Source of the DNA: the human T2T-CHM13v2.0 reference genome, Homo sapiens
DNA length: 64,000 nt
Reading direction: 5' to 3' (one strand)
Assembly: GCF_009914755.1 (NCBI RefSeq)
Contig: NC_060938.1
Shown: positions 15,150 through 38,495 of the stretch, one piece after another
Numbering within the stretch: position 1 is the stretch's first letter
Layout: each line of letters starts with the position of its first letter
The notes under the pieces: model-generated
Database searches by the model: none
What the model was told of the DNA's origin: nothing
What the model saw: only the letters and a program-made list of their open reading frames with translations
Translations under genes and position numbers: made by a program

Positions 15150-16579
15150 TGAGAGGTGACAGCGTGCTAGCAGTCCTCACAGGCCTCGCTCCTTCTCGGC
15201 GCCTCCTCTGCCTGGGCTTCCACTTTGGCGGCACTTGAGGAGCCCTTCAGCCCACCGCTGCACTATGGGAGCCCCTTTCTGGGCTAGCCAAGGCCGGAGC
15301 CAGCTCCCTCACCTTGTAGGGAGGTGTGGAGGGAGAGGCACGGAGCGGGAACCGGGGCTGTGCGCGGCGCTTGCGGGCCAGCTGGAGTTCCAGGTGGGCG
15401 TGGGCTTGGCGGGCCCCGCACTCCGAGCAGCTGGCCGGTCCTGCCGGCCCCGAGCAATGAGGGGCTTAGCACCCAGGCCAGCAGCTGCAGAGGGTGTACT
15501 GGGTCCCCCAGCAGTGCCAGCCCACCGGCGCTGCGCTCGATTTCTCACTGGGCCTTAGCTGTCTTCCCGCAGGACAGGGCTCCGGGACCTGCAGCCCGCC
15601 ATGCCTGAGCCTCCCACCCCCTCCATGGGCTCCTGTGCGGCCGAGCCTCCCTGACAAGCGCCACCCCCTGCTCCAGGGCGCCCAGTCCCATCGACCACCC
15701 AAGGGCTGAGGAGTGCAGGCGCAGGGCACCGGGACTGGCAGGCAGCTCCACCTGCAGCCCTGGTGCGGGATCCACTGGGTGAAGCCAGCTGGGCTCCTGA
15801 GTCTGGTGGGGACGTGGAGAACCTTTATGTCTGGCTCAGGGATTGTAAATGCACCAATAGGCACTCTGTATCTAGCTCAAGGTTTGTAAACACACCAATC
15901 AGCACCCTGTGTCTAGCTCAGGGTTTGTGAATGCACCAATGGACACTCTGTATCTAGCTACTCTGGTGGGGCCTTGGAGAACCTTTGTGTCCACACTCTA
16001 TGTAGCTAATCGAGAGGGGACGTGGAGAACCTTTGTGTCTAGCTCAGGGATTGTAAACGCACCAATCAGCGCCCTGTCAAAACAGACCACTCGGCTCTAC
16101 CAATCAGCAGGATGTGGGTGGGGCCAGATAAGAGAATAAAAGCAGGCTGCCGGAGGCAGCAGTGGCAACCCGCTCAGGTCCTTCTCCACAATGTGGAAGC
16201 TTTGTTCTTTCGCTCTTTGCAATAAATCTTGCTACCGCTCACTCTTTGGGTCCACGCTGCTTTTACAAGCTGTAACACTCACCACAAAGGTCTGCAGCTT
16301 CATTCCTGAAGCCAGCGAGACCATGAGCCCACCGGGAGGAGCGAACAACTCCAGACGCGCTGTCTTAAGAGCTGTAACAGTCACCTCGAAGGTCTGCAGC
16401 TTCACTCCTGAGCCAGCGAGACCACGAACCCACCAGAAGTAAGAAACTCTGAACACATCCGAACATCAGAAGGAACAAACTCCAGAGGCGCCACCTTAAG
16501 AGCTGTAACACTCACCGCGAGCGTCTGCGGCTTCATTCTTGAAGTCAGTGAGACCAAGAACCCACCAATTCTGGACACA
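15150..16579 (+). mobile_element. solo LTR12C (ERV9)
   Basis: tgagaggtgacagcgtgct start, ccaattctggacaca end, TSD ATAG (15146-15149, 16580-16583), CpG-rich U3, CCAAT repeats, aataaaa box at ~16135. Confidence 0.96.
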
Positions 16580-16849
16580 ATAGGATTTAAAAACCACAAT
16601 CTGGATGCTTATTGTGTTAATTACTGCTGAGTTGTCATTCCTTTTAGACTTTTTCAAGGGACAGAGCAATGAAATATGCATTTTAAAATTTATTTTAAAA
16701 GATAAAATGAGTTTATAGTGATATGTCCAATTCAAACGTTAGATTATAAAATTTTTACTTACCTTCTTTGATTTTATTTGCTTATTTGAGTAATCTTACT
16801 GTTACTAGTTATTCTGATGTTCTAGAATCATTTATATTTGAAGCAACAG

Positions 16850-17730
16850 CCAAGGTTTATCAATGCCTGAAAAGTGAAACAGAAATGATAAAGAAAATAA
16901 AGGAAAACATCAATGCAGAAAGGAACTATAGTAAATATCTTTAGGGATGTAAAAGAAGATATTATCTCCATGGAATTATTGCAGAGAACTCTTAACCTAG
17001 GTTCAGTAGTCTTATTGCCTATTATTTTTAAGCTATATATGTGTTGTAAGCTAAAGTTGACAAGTAATTATGTTAATATAGAGACTGAGCTTTTCAGCAT
17101 AGGAACAACAAGATACAAATATAAAATCAAATAAGCAAAAACCCTGTAATCATAAAAAATTGGGAAATGTTATTGAAAGACCACCATCTGGACACAAGGG
17201 CTCCTTGGGAAAACACCACAAGAATGCAATAAGCCAAAGCTCGAAATTCTACAGAACCTATTATCTGATTTCTTCTACGAATGAATAGCATGAAAAGAAG
17301 AGAGGAACTAACGTGTATTTTGTATAGATCTTACTTGGTTTCCAACTCAAGCCAACTTCAAAAAAGACATTTTAGACAACAAGAGAAAGTGGATCACTGG
17401 GCATTACGTGAGGTGAAAAAATTACTAGTTTTGTTACATATAATAGTAGTACTGTTATTTGTTAAAACTCCTTATCTGCTAGCAATATATTTTGAAGACT
17501 TTACAGATGACATGATACTTGGAATGTGTTTTTACATATCTAGAAAAAAACTGGAAGGGACATAAGTGAAACAAACTTGGTCAGATATCGAAGTTAGGTG
17601 GTGTGGGTTCATCATACTATCCTCTAATTTTTGTATGTTTGAAAATATCCTTAATTTTTAAAGGTTAAAAAAAGACTTTATTTAGAAACACTAAAGAAGA
17701 CAAAAATAAATGGAGAGATATAAGGATGCT
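16850..17730 (+). mobile_element. old L1M fragments
   Basis: aaaagacattttagacaac, gggttcatcatactatcctctaatttttgtatgtttgaaaat. Confidence 0.5.
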
Positions 17731-18997
17731 TTAAAAAGGTAATTAATTAATTACATTATTTAAAAAGCACAAGAAGACAAGAAAGAATCCAGCTCAAATC
17801 CTATGTCCCAGGGTCCAGCAACTAGCAGGGTGTGTCTAAAATTCCCCCAAAGCCGCAGCTGAGGACCTGAACTGGAGGGCAGATGTCCCTCCACCCTCCT
17901 TCCTAGGGCAGCAATTAGCACTCCAGTCTTCTGGTTGGAGGCTCTTTGTAGCCTCATAGTTCACAGAGCCCTTTTGGACATGGAGTGAATAGTTGGTTAC
18001 ATTCTCCACATTATTATGCAGATGACATTGCTCATGGTGGATACTAGAGCTGGGGCAGCTGATGAGGAAATCACCAGGGGTGGCTCAGAAAAAAAAAAAA
18101 TGACCTCCCTAAGGGACACTACAGGAAACCAGCCCCGAAGTGATTTCTTTTGAAATTCGGGGCAGCAGCAAGCTCATATTTCTTTTGGTTAGTTCCTTCA
18201 CCATGGTTGCCAGTCTCAGTAAAGCTGAGTGTTCCTATCTCCGCCTCTGTCTCCCTCATCAGCTATTGTTTTACCTCACCCACCCAAGGTATGGGAGGCC
18301 TCCATTCCATTTAGAGAGCTCCTGGTGCTTCCTGGTGGCTGGTGATGATTCATTTTTATTCCCTTGAATCTTCCCCACGGCCAGATCATTGTTGTCCATA
18401 TCCTTCCCTCCAGGAAACAACAAAAGGCAATATTTGGTCTTTTGGCTGGAGTCTATGCCGGACCAACACATCCCACAAATGGCTTGAGCTGAGGGTTCCT
18501 CCAGCCCCCTGAGATTTCCCAAAGCATTTCGAGATAAACTCTAATAGTAGGATACATTTGCTTTCCAGTTGAAGTGATGGGTTATATGATTCATCTGTTT
18601 CCTAAGATTTCCAGTTATAGTCATGAAATCTGGCCTCTGCCCCTGATGTAAAATCCTTGTGTTTACAAGAAGTAACCTAAGTAACCTACCACATGTTCAG
18701 AGTTGGAAACCTACTTCCTGTCCCCCGAGTTTGTAAACCCAGCAAGATATATTTTCTCTTTTCAGCCATGCTTGAAAAGTTGGTATAACTGAAATAAGTT
18801 TTAAATAAGGCAAATTGGAATAAACTCCAACTCAATGATTTCATCTTCCCAATCCTGCCCCAAATCATGGCCATATCAGTGGGATTTCCAATTGCAAACA
18901 GCACCAAACAACACCAAATTCATGTTAGCAAATTTTAAGGATGAGAAGTGACCTCAGCCATCCAGAATTGGATTTGTAGCAGATGACAAATAAGATG

Positions 18998-19150
18998 CTT
19001 AGAATCACAGACCATCAGAGATGGCCGACTTGAGCCAGCATCGACCCTCTCCTTTCACAGGTGAGAAAACTAAAGTCCAAAGACAGTCTTATTTTAAAGC
19101 CTAAATTGCAGGGGTAGCGAGTGAAACCAGTTTCAAAATGAGGTTTACCA
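18998..19150. mobile_element. MIR fragment
   Basis: tttcacaggtgagaaaactaaagtcca core. Confidence 0.6.
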
Positions 19151-19189
19151 CAGAGGAGCCCAAACCCACTCTCTCACTCATGTCACATT

Positions 19190-19765
19190 CTGAAGTGTCC
19201 TTCTTACTGGTTTCCAACTCTTCACCTCTCTCTTCTTATCTCTTCCCCCTGCCCTCCACACTGCTCCCTGCTGCAGCCACTTTCTCTGCAGCACAGCCCT
19301 GATCATATCTCCCCTGGCTCAAAACTATTCCATAGTTCTCGGCCTTGGCTGTTCCCAATGACATTCCAGTTGAACTTCATACTTCACTCGCGTGCCCTGC
19401 CCAGTCCATATGGAAAAGTAGCTGCTCCCAAGAGATCTTTGTGCCTATCTCTTTTCCCATGTGATTTTCTCTGCCCAGAAGATTCTTTCTCTTTAACAGG
19501 CAAGATCCACCTACCCTTTAGGGGCTCGGTTCAGATACCATTTCCTCCACAAATGCTTCATTCACTCTCCTAAGTGAAAGCCAGTTCTCACCTTTTTGTC
19601 TCTTTGCACTGTAGATCTCTATTTTGGCAGGTAACACATTCTATTTCATGTAATACTGTAGTTAATTACGAACATTCTGCATCTTCCCACTTGACACTAA
19701 ATTCCTGTAAGTGAGAAACTAGATCTTACTTACAACCCCAGCACAGTTATTTGTTTAGCGTGAAC
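19190..19765 (+). mobile_element. L2 fragment
   Basis: ctgatcatatctcccctggctcaaaact, ctcggttcagataccatttcctcc. Confidence 0.65.
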
Positions 19766-19989
19766 ATCATTTTTTAAAATTAAATTGGGTTGAAATCCAC
19801 TATCTTTGGAAACCCAACAGCATTTAGGCATATAATTCTAAAGAGCTGAAATTTAATGTTTTATGTACTTCTATCCTTGATAATCTCAGGTACGCTGAAG
19901 GACATTTTTATCTCCTATAATGTGTCATGGATAAAAATAGGGAGCATTCTTTTTTCATTGCTATTAGGTCATGCTCATGTTCAACTTAT

Positions 19990-20109
19990 TTTCTAGAGAT
20001 GGGGTCTCACTATGTTGCTCAGGTTAGTCTCAAACTCGGCTCAAGCAATCCTCCTGCCTCAGTCTCCCAAAGTGCTGGGATTACAGGTGTGAGCCACTGT
20101 GCTCAGCCA
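19990..20109 (-). mobile_element. FLAM/Alu left monomer
   Basis: tagagatggggtctcactatgttgc...gagccactgtgctcagcc. Confidence 0.9.
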
Positions 20110-20220
20110 ACATGTATTTATTTAATACACCTAGAAGGCAGGAAACACTGTGTAGGTTGCTGCCGGGGTAGAGAGGTGAATAAAATCTGGGACCCAGACC
20201 ATAAAATAGTTGTGATGGGG

Positions 20221-20522
20221 GGCCAGGTGCGATGGCTCACGCCTGTAATCCCAGCACTTTGGGAGGCCAAGGCGGACAGGTCACGAGGTCAGGAGATCAA
20301 GACCAGCCTGGCCAACATGGTGAAACCCCATCTCTACTAAAAGTAAAAAAAATTAGCCGGGTGTAGTGATGTGCGCCTATAGTCCCAGCTACTTGGGAGG
20401 CTGAGGGGGGAGAATTGCTTGAACTCAGGAGACGGAGGTTGCAGTGAGCCGAGATCAGGCCACTGCACTATAGCCCAGGCAACAAAGTGAGACTCCATCT
20501 CAAACAAACAAACAAACAAACA
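20221..20522 (+). mobile_element. AluS
   Basis: Alu body, (AAAC)n tail, TSD aaaatagttgt(g/a)atggg. Confidence 0.95.
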
Positions 20523-20835
20523 AAAATAGTTGTAATGGGTTTACTTTCACAGCTATGAACTCAAGGGCCATCCCAGGCATCAACTCTTAGACATTTCACA
20601 AATAGCAACTGCTAATCACCCCTGTCTGCTATTAAAGAAAGTTGTGAAAGACTAACAGCCTTAGGAACTACCCTTAGTAAGGAATCAGAAGATCATGGGT
20701 CTACTTCAGACGGACTCTACCAAATTTCTCTCAGCATGGCCTTGGACAAGTTGCTTATTTCTATTCATCTTCCTCATCAGCAAAACAGACTCTTCATGAA
20801 AGGGCTCTTCATGGGTTCCTTCAAGGACATAGGTG

Positions 20836-21585
<750 letters not shown>

Positions 21586-21645
21586 GGTGTCACCTAACAT
21601 ACAAGTTTTTGGACCAATTCTGCAAACATATGGTATGAATTAAAG

Positions 21646-21755
21646 CAGTGGTTCTCAAAGTGTAGTTCCCAGACCGGTAGCATCTGTTGGGAACGTGATA
21701 GAAATGCACATTCCCAGGCCCCATCCTTAACGAACTGAATCAGAAACTCTGGGGC
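21646..21755. mobile_element. MER5A fragment
   Basis: cagtggttctcaaagtgt...actgaatcagaaactctgggg. Confidence 0.85.
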
Positions 21756-22232
21756 TTTTTGTCTGGGGGAACGTTGGGTTCTGGTGCTTCCTCTTTTCCA
21801 AGTGGAGGGTGGTGCTGATGCTGTGGGCAGCTGAGTTGGGGTAGGCTCTCCCCATCCTACCAGCTCATCCTCCAGACTAGGCTAGAGTCAGCTCGCCTAG
21901 CTTCTGAAATACTTCTGCTTGCCAAGGCACCAGGAGCCCATAACACCTACTCTGTGAGCTTTCCTCACAGAGGGAAGGCTCTGTCTGAGGTTTAGTGAAC
22001 AATGATTGCGAAAATACTTTGAAAATTGAGAGGGGCCATGCAAATGTAAATATTGTTAAAGTTGCCAACTCTTTAGGAAAGAGATGTGTGAAACGGGAAA
22101 AGAGAATACAAGGAAAAGACACTGGTGACAGATTCTATAAACTACTCTTAACTCCTGAAGAATCGCCTTTTTCATTCTATACACAGCTTCCCTCCCTTCA
22201 TTTTGTCCCGCTTGTCTACAAATGTAACAAAT

Positions 22233-22525
22233 GTGCGAGGTTCGGTGGCTCACGCCTGTAATCCCAGCACTCTGGGAAGCGGAGGCAGGCGGGATCACCT
22301 GAGGCCAGGAATTCGAGACCAGCCTGGCCAACATGGTGGAACCCCATCTCTACTAAAAATACAAAAAAAAAAAAAATTAATTAATTAGGCTTACTCCAGC
22401 TACTCAAGAGTCTGAGGCACGAGAATCCCTTCAACCTGGGAGGCAGAGGTTGGAGTGAGCTGAGACCGTGCCACTGCACTCCAGCCTGGGCGATCAGTTT
22501 GAGAGTCGGTCTCAAAACAAAAAAG
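22233..22525 (+). mobile_element. Alu with deleted right-arm start
   Basis: ggtggctcacgcctgtaatccc...; linker joined to ccagctactc. Confidence 0.9.
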
Positions 22526-22538
22526 AACCTGAATTGTT

Positions 22539-22848
<310 letters not shown>

Positions 22849-23381
22849 AAGAATCTGAATTGTAGTTCAGACCCATAACCTACCACACACAAGAATCTCA
22901 TCCTCTTCACTCTTGCCTAAGAGAGACAGATTTGTTCTTTACCAAATGCAAAGTTATCTGGTCTCTTTAATTTCTTCTCTCCCTCTTCTGGCAAACTGCC
23001 TAGGCGAAGACACTTTCCAGATCAAGCGGTGTCATGGGGCAGCAAATGACCTTAAGTCATTAAAACAGAGTTTTAGTGACTCTGCTGCTGTTTACTACAC
23101 AACCTTGGGCAAATCCCATCTTGACTTCAGAGTATTTGAGTGGAATGTATGCGTAGTATTTGTAAACTAAAAACATTTACAATATAAGTGATAGATCATA
23201 TTGCTGTTAGCAAAGCACAGGTTGCCTAGTAAAACTATCCTGGTCAAGATCTTTGGTTTTCAAAAGAAGAGCATTTGTAGACAAAGGAGGAAGTCATGTT
23301 TATTTGTAGTAATTAAATGACAGGGGAACAAATCAAGACACCTACTTTCCTGAATGTTTATTCAAAACATGGTAGAATTAG

Positions 23382-24813
<1,432 letters not shown>

Positions 24814-25503
24814 CTCTACATAACCTTCCTGCCCGGAAGATCAAACTGTAATTTCCTCTAAAACCTCTGAGAGAGTTAGCCTGAACGAGATCACAGAGAG
24901 AGAATTGGAAAAGCGCCAGGGAGACCAATGATTCCCGTCGACAAGGCACCTTCTAGGGAAAACTTTTATCCTCTTCTGCCCCCCAGTGGTCGACCACCAA
25001 GACCACGGCAGGACCTACCTATGTTAGGCTGGGAGGAAAATGGTTTTTTTGTTGTTGAGGTGGCAGTAGTGTTCTTTTACAGACACACTTCTTCATTCAC
25101 TTCTAGATCTAAAGTGTATTTGATCCTTTAGCAACTAAAACCCGGGAGCATAAATTGTCATCACGAGAAAGGCTGAGAACAGGGTCTCTGCTTAACTCTG
25201 GGGTGTACCCCTGCTATCCTTGCGTCTCAGTGGCCCCAGGGCTTGGCTGTCTGTAGCTGTGAAAACTTTTGCTATCTTTCCATTAAGGAACAGATGATAA
25301 TCACAGAGCTTTCCTGTTACTTTTCTATCCTCAAAACAAGCTTTCTTTTAAAAGGGTTCTAATTCATCTACGATAATTAAAGGGAGGCCGACCTGGGATT
25401 ACGAGGCTCTCCTCTGCACCTCGTTCTGTTTTCACTGTTTTCATCATAGAGAAAGATGAAATCCACACACAGATGTCCTAGCAATGGCCCCTTTCACACT
25501 TCA

Positions 25504-25599
25504 TCATCCCTCTACATTGCAAACCTTTGTCAGTCTGTATCCCACAAACTGTAAGTGCTGTGAGGGCAGGAACTTTGTGGCTTCCCTCTTGTATTCTGA
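25504..25599 (+). repeat. 96-bp direct duplication, copy 1
   Basis: 91/96 identical to 26610-26705. Confidence 0.93.
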
Positions 25600-25996
25600 A
25601 GTGGCAGACCTGGATATTTGAGAGAAAGCTGAAAGCCAAGGTTACCAGAGGGGTCCATCTATCACCCATGGTGAGGAAGTGGAGGTCTGAGGGGGCAGGA
25701 AGACAAGGTCTGGCGTGGGAGGCAGAGGCAGAGGACAGCCCTTGATGTTTACTCTCTCCAGTTCCCTCTCCTTCCCCTCTTGCCAAGCTACCCCACGGTG
25801 AGATAAAAACCATGCCCATGGGGCAGAGGTGAGCAGTCTTCACATCAGCTCAGAGAAGATTAAGAGAGAGAAAAGGGAAGGAATGCCATGGGAGCTGGGA
25901 TTGGGGGAAGGGGGAAGGGGGAAGGAAGTCACTTGCCTGGTCATCTCCAGGAGGCCATTCCTGCAAGGTTATTCGTGCATAAGAAACATGGTGCAA

Positions 25997-26083
25997 CGTT
26001 TACCTATGTAACAAACCTGCACATGCTGCACATGTACCCCAGAACTGAAAAAAATAAACTAAAATAAAATAACCATTTTAAAA
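25997..26083 (+). mobile_element. extremely 5'-truncated L1PA 3' tip
   Basis: cgtttacctatgtaacaaacctgcac...gtaccccagaact plus A-rich tail; TSD aagaaa(c/t)atggtgcaa at 25981-25996 and 26084-26099. Confidence 0.9.
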
Positions 26084-26609
26084 AAGAAATATGGTGCAAA
26101 GATGAATGTATGTTGGGGACTGCGTGTAACCAATAACGTAGGAGGGACAGAAACTCAGAATGCTTTGTGAGGCTGAGCTGAGGGAGGAGGGGTTCGATGA
26201 TGACCAAGAAATGGAAAAGAGTGGGAACCGGGGTCCTTTGTCACAAGCCTCTAATCTCTCTTACCAAATGGGAATTCTTCACATTCACACTAATGTCAAA
26301 GACAAGAACAAGGTTTGGGGCAATCCAACTCCTCATTGTGCTCTTCAAGGCCCATATCCATCCTGTCCCTATGTATTCTCCCACTTCACCATCTGGCTCC
26401 AGCCTACCTTGAAATGTTCTAGCAAACAACCTGCAGCTCTCTAAACGAGTCACATCATCGCTAGTCCCCAAAATGGTCATCCACTGACATCAAGACCTCT
26501 AACGACATGTGCCCCCGTTCTTCCTGGCCCATTCCCATCCAACCATCAGATCCCATCTTCAGTGTCTCTGGCTGCCTGAGACAGGGCCACCGCACCCCAT
26601 ACTTTACCC

Positions 26610-26705
26610 TCATCCCTCTACATTGCAAACTCTTGTCGGTCTGTATCCCCCAAACTGTAAGTGCTGTGAAGGCAGGAACTTTGTGGCTTCCCTCTTGTAT
26701 TCTGA
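26610..26705 (+). repeat. 96-bp direct duplication, copy 2 (within an L2 3' end)
   Basis: continues into L2-like gcacctagcctag. Confidence 0.93.
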
Positions 26706-27164
26706 GCACCTAGCCTAGCGTCTGCACATCCAGATCAACACAGAAACCTTACAGTGTTCTAGGATCCAGCATTGACTGTGAACTCTTAGATCACTTGCAT
26801 ATACATTCTTCTCTAAGAAATTCTTCTTATGCTTCAAGTCATAGCTCAATGCTTCGCCCTCCTTGAAGACTTCCTTCTCTGGTCTACCCATCCCCACTAA
26901 TACTTGGTCCTTCCTCTGTGGCCATAGCTCATCTTTTGAACTCATGGTATCATATATCTAACTCTGGCTTGCAAAATATTTGCTCCATTGTATGTGCATC
27001 TTCAGCACTGGAGTTAAAGCAATTTGAAGGTAAATGCCACTTTCAGGCCTAATCTTTCTTTATTTACATTGCATTGAAGTCACTATAAAATACGCATTTA
27101 TTTTACAGGGATTTGGGGTAGGCAGGTTAGACATGTGTGATATAATATAAGGCATCACTTCTCA

Positions 27165-29230
<2,066 letters not shown>

Positions 29231-29237
29231 CAAAATG

Positions 29238-33655
<4,418 letters not shown>

Positions 33656-33699
33656 ACAAAATGGGATTATAGAAATAAATTCAAATCGATGAAAAATAA

Positions 33700-33865
33700 A
33701 TAAATAAATAAATAAAATAGAGTCAGGTTCTCACTCTGTTGCCCAGGCTGGAGTGCACTTGTGCAGTCATGGCTTACTGGAACTCATACTCATGGGAATT
33801 AGCTATCCTCCCGCCTCAGCCTCCTGAGTCGCTGGGAGTACAGGCACAAGCATTTGTGCCTGCTA
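33700..33865 (-). mobile_element. Alu right monomer/FRAM, diverged
   Basis: tctcactctgttgcccaggctggagtgca...ctcagcctcctgagtcgctggg. Confidence 0.8.
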
Positions 33866-34669
33866 AAACATCACTTCTAGTGGTAATTCTCAGAAAGAAT
33901 TTGACCCACAAAAGACATTTAAAGTGAATTTTGCTAAATTAATCTATTTATTCACTAACTTTCACCATAATGTCAAAGACAAATTCACATGGAAAACATT
34001 TTTGCCTCAAGTTGGAGAGGAAGCTTGATATGGTAGAAAACTCATCATTTTATAATTAGACAAACTTGAGTTTGAATCACACTTCTGCTCCTTTTACCTT
34101 GAACGAATGATTTAACCTAATGATTGTTATCAAGCTGGCAGAGAGATTAGGGATAGGAGGAATATTTTTTTGTAAACAATGAGCAGACAAAAATATCCCA
34201 TGAGTAATAAAATATGAAAATGAGGTCTACCCAGAAGCTAGGGATAGAGTCAAATAACATTTACAACTATATCAGGAGGACTCTTTGAATTACAAAGATG
34301 GAAACTGAACTCAAATAGGTTAAGCAAAAAAAGAACAATTAAATCACAGTTCAGAGACCTCCAGGAGTGCTGGATGGGGGTTCCTGGCATGTCAATCCTA
34401 AGGAGTAGGAAGTCAGGACCTGCTTGAGGAAACAGATGAGACACATTGTTTTTCCTTACACCTTCCCAGAGCTGGTCAATGCAGTAAGCTGAAGGTAAGA
34501 TTTAAGGGAAAAATGCCCATCACCAGGGCCACTCCTATCTCCAATGTCTTCCTCACCCCACTTGAAATGCTATCCTCTAGTGGCTTATTTGGGTTAGCAA
34601 GGAGAACTACCAGAGAAGCAAGAGTTAGCTGCATGTTGCAGTGTGTGTTGAGTCAAACACTCCCTGTGT

Positions 34670-35420
<751 letters not shown>

Positions 35421-35597
35421 CTTCTCTCCAAAGAATCCAGCTACCTACATAAAACAAAATTAATAACAAAAATAAAGAATAACAATCCCTTGTTTTAAAA
35501 CCTCAAATTAAGATTTTATGACAAGAATCTAATATTAAGAAAATGGAACATGGTGTGTTTGGCACATCCATGGAAAGGGATGGAGAAAGAACTCTCA

Positions 35598-35805
35598 GAC
35601 AGTGGTTCTCACATTTTAGAATGCCTATGAAACCTGGAAAGTTTGTTAAGGAGGAAGGCCATTCTTCCAAACATTCTAATTCAGCTGATCTGGTGATCAG
35701 GTCTGGAATTCCTCTCAAGGTCCAGTAGCTAGTTAATGGCTCTGCTAGCATCTGAACTCAGGTCAGTCTGACCCCAGAGCCTGGGATTTTAACCACTACA
35801 CTTTC
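35598..35805. mobile_element. MER5-like and MIR fragments
   Basis: cagtggttctcacatttt; tctgaactcaggtcagtctgaccccagagcc. Confidence 0.6.
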
Positions 35806-38162
35806 CTTCCAACTGGAGGTGGGAGCAGGGCCAGGAAGGATACTACAAAGAAAACCAGAGTTATGGGATGTTGAAAAATTGTGCAAGATGCAGCTAATGT
35901 CAGAGCCAGGCTTTGAATGTAGAACTCTGGACCCTAAGCCTAGTGCTGTACCACCAGAGGGGTGGATAAAGGAAGACTAAAGACTGACTGACAACTTTAC
36001 AGCCTAGTGTGTAGCTAACCTGGCCCTGTCTTCTACCACCACCACTCAAAAGGTCAAACAGTTGTCTTTTGACTATCAGGCAAGTGGTCCCGCCGATCCT
36101 GGCCCCATTTGCTTTGCCTGATGAAAAAACAGGCATGAGTCACTAAGCCAAATACTACAGATGTGTTTGTACCCATTGCTGGCCCCATCAGGATATACAG
36201 CACATGTCACACATCTAGAAATATCTCTGTTTAGCAGAGCCCTCTAAATTCCATCTGCTGATCCCGTCTCTTTGATTTCAAAGCTCGAATCTCAGTAGAG
36301 TGGTTTTTCTTAGAGAGCATTCCTATTGCTTTGCTGGGCACACTGTAAGACACAATTAGTAGCCTACAACAGAAACTGAAGCATATTCCTCCTGAAATTT
36401 CCAAGGCAAGGAACACAGAGGCCACCACCAGTGGGAAGTTTGACAGGTCCCATCAGCCAACTCCAGTCTCATTTCATTTCTAAGACCTTACAAGAGCTGA
36501 GAGACCAACGCTCAACACCCCTCTCATCTCTTCCACTCCATATCTTGGGAATTCAGCTGCTGACCATCCCTTGTATGACTTATATCAGGAGTTGATGATA
36601 ATCTTTCAGAAATGTCATTCTAAATTTTAATTTATTTATTCCCTTGTGGAAATAAAAAAAAAGCAGGTGCGGATTTTCTCCTAAAGGGTAGATGAGCTCA
36701 AATTAATAACAGGAGTACCCAAAGATTCTCCACTCTCTCCCAGGTCCTCTGCAGCTTGTGACGAGAGGAGGCAGTCTAGGAAATACGCCTTCTAAACCTC
36801 TGGGTTATAAAAGTAAGGATCTATCAATGGCCCGAGGAAAGGAAGGAGAACTGAGCAGGGTTCCCAGCATCCAGGATGAATGATGACGTTGTCCTCGATA
36901 TATTGGTCCTTTGGCCAATCCTAAGACGTGGCTATTGCTAGTGGATCTCCACTTAAAAGAATGCATCTCCTATCCCACCTTTTGTAATTATGCCAGCATA
37001 GACTTGTTGTTTTGTTGTTAATTCTTATATATTTTTAACTTTTATTTTAGGTTCAGGTATACATGTGCATGTTTGTTATATAAGTAAATTGCATGTCACA
37101 GGGGTGTGACGTACAGATTATTTCATCACCCCGGTAATAAGGTAATTAATATCCAATAGTTTTTCAATCCTCTCCCTCCTCCCCTAACAGCCTCAAGTAG
37201 GCTCCAGTGTCCATTGTTCCCTTCTTTGTGTCCACGTGTACTCAATGTTTAGCTCCCATTTATAAGAGACAACATGTGGTATTTGGTTTTCTGTTCCTGC
37301 ATTAGTTTGCCTTGAATTACAGCCTCCAGCTCCATTCATGTTACTGCAAAGGACACGATTTCATTCTTTTTCATGGCTGCATAGTATTCCCTGGTGTATA
37401 TGTACCACATTTTCTTTATCCAATCTACCATTGATGGACATTTAGGTTGATTCCATGTCTTTGCTGTTGTGAATAGTGCTGCAATGAACATACATATGCA
37501 TGTGTCTTTATGGCAGAATAATTTATATTCCTCTGGGGATATACTCAAAAGTGGGATTGCTGAGTCTAATGATACTTCTATTTTAAGTTCTTTGAGAAAT
37601 TGCCACACTGCTTTCCACAATGGCTGAAATAATTTACATTCTCACTAGCAATGTATAAACATTACCTTTTCTCTGCAACCTTGCCAGCATCTGTTATTTT
37701 TTGACTTTTTAATAATCGCCATTCTGACTGGTGGGAGATGGTATCTCATTGTGGTTTTGATTTGCATTTCTCTAATAATTAGTGATGTTGAGCATTTTTT
37801 CATATGCTTGTTGGCCACATGTATGTCTTCTTTTGAAAAGCATTTGTTCATGCCCTTTGCCCACTTTTTAATGCGGTTGTTTTATTTTCTTGTAAATTTG
37901 TTTAAGTTCCTTTTAGGTGCTGGATATTAGACCTTTGTCATATGCATAGTTTGCAAATATTTCCCCATTCTAGAGGTTGTCTGTTTACTCTGTTGATAGT
38001 TTCCTTTGATATGAAGAAGCTATTTCCTTAGGTTCCTTTTGTCAATTTTTGCTTTTGGCATCTTCGTCATGAAATCTTTGCCCATTCATATATCCAGAGT
38101 GGTATTTTCTAGGATATCTTCCAGAGTTTTTATAGCTGTAGGTTTTACATTTAAGTCTTTAA

Positions 38163-38495
<333 letters not shown>

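Larger units (their letters stand above)
13100..16800 (-). mobile_element. old L1M (L1MC/ME-like) fragment interrupted by two LTRs
   Basis: tattttaaagcaaatcc, gcaaaatgatgattttctaattctatcatt; sequence continues across the LTR8 and LTR12 insertions (15013-15149, 16580-16800). Confidence 0.65.

Noticed and set aside
18881-18900. NF-kB-like GGGATTTCC next to a C/EBP-like ttgcaa
   Set aside because: A single short motif pair is expected by chance in 64 kb
36910-36932. CCAAT near ACGTGG (ERSE/UPRE-like)
   Set aside because: Spacing and orientation do not match ERSE (CCAAT-N9-CCACG) or UPRE
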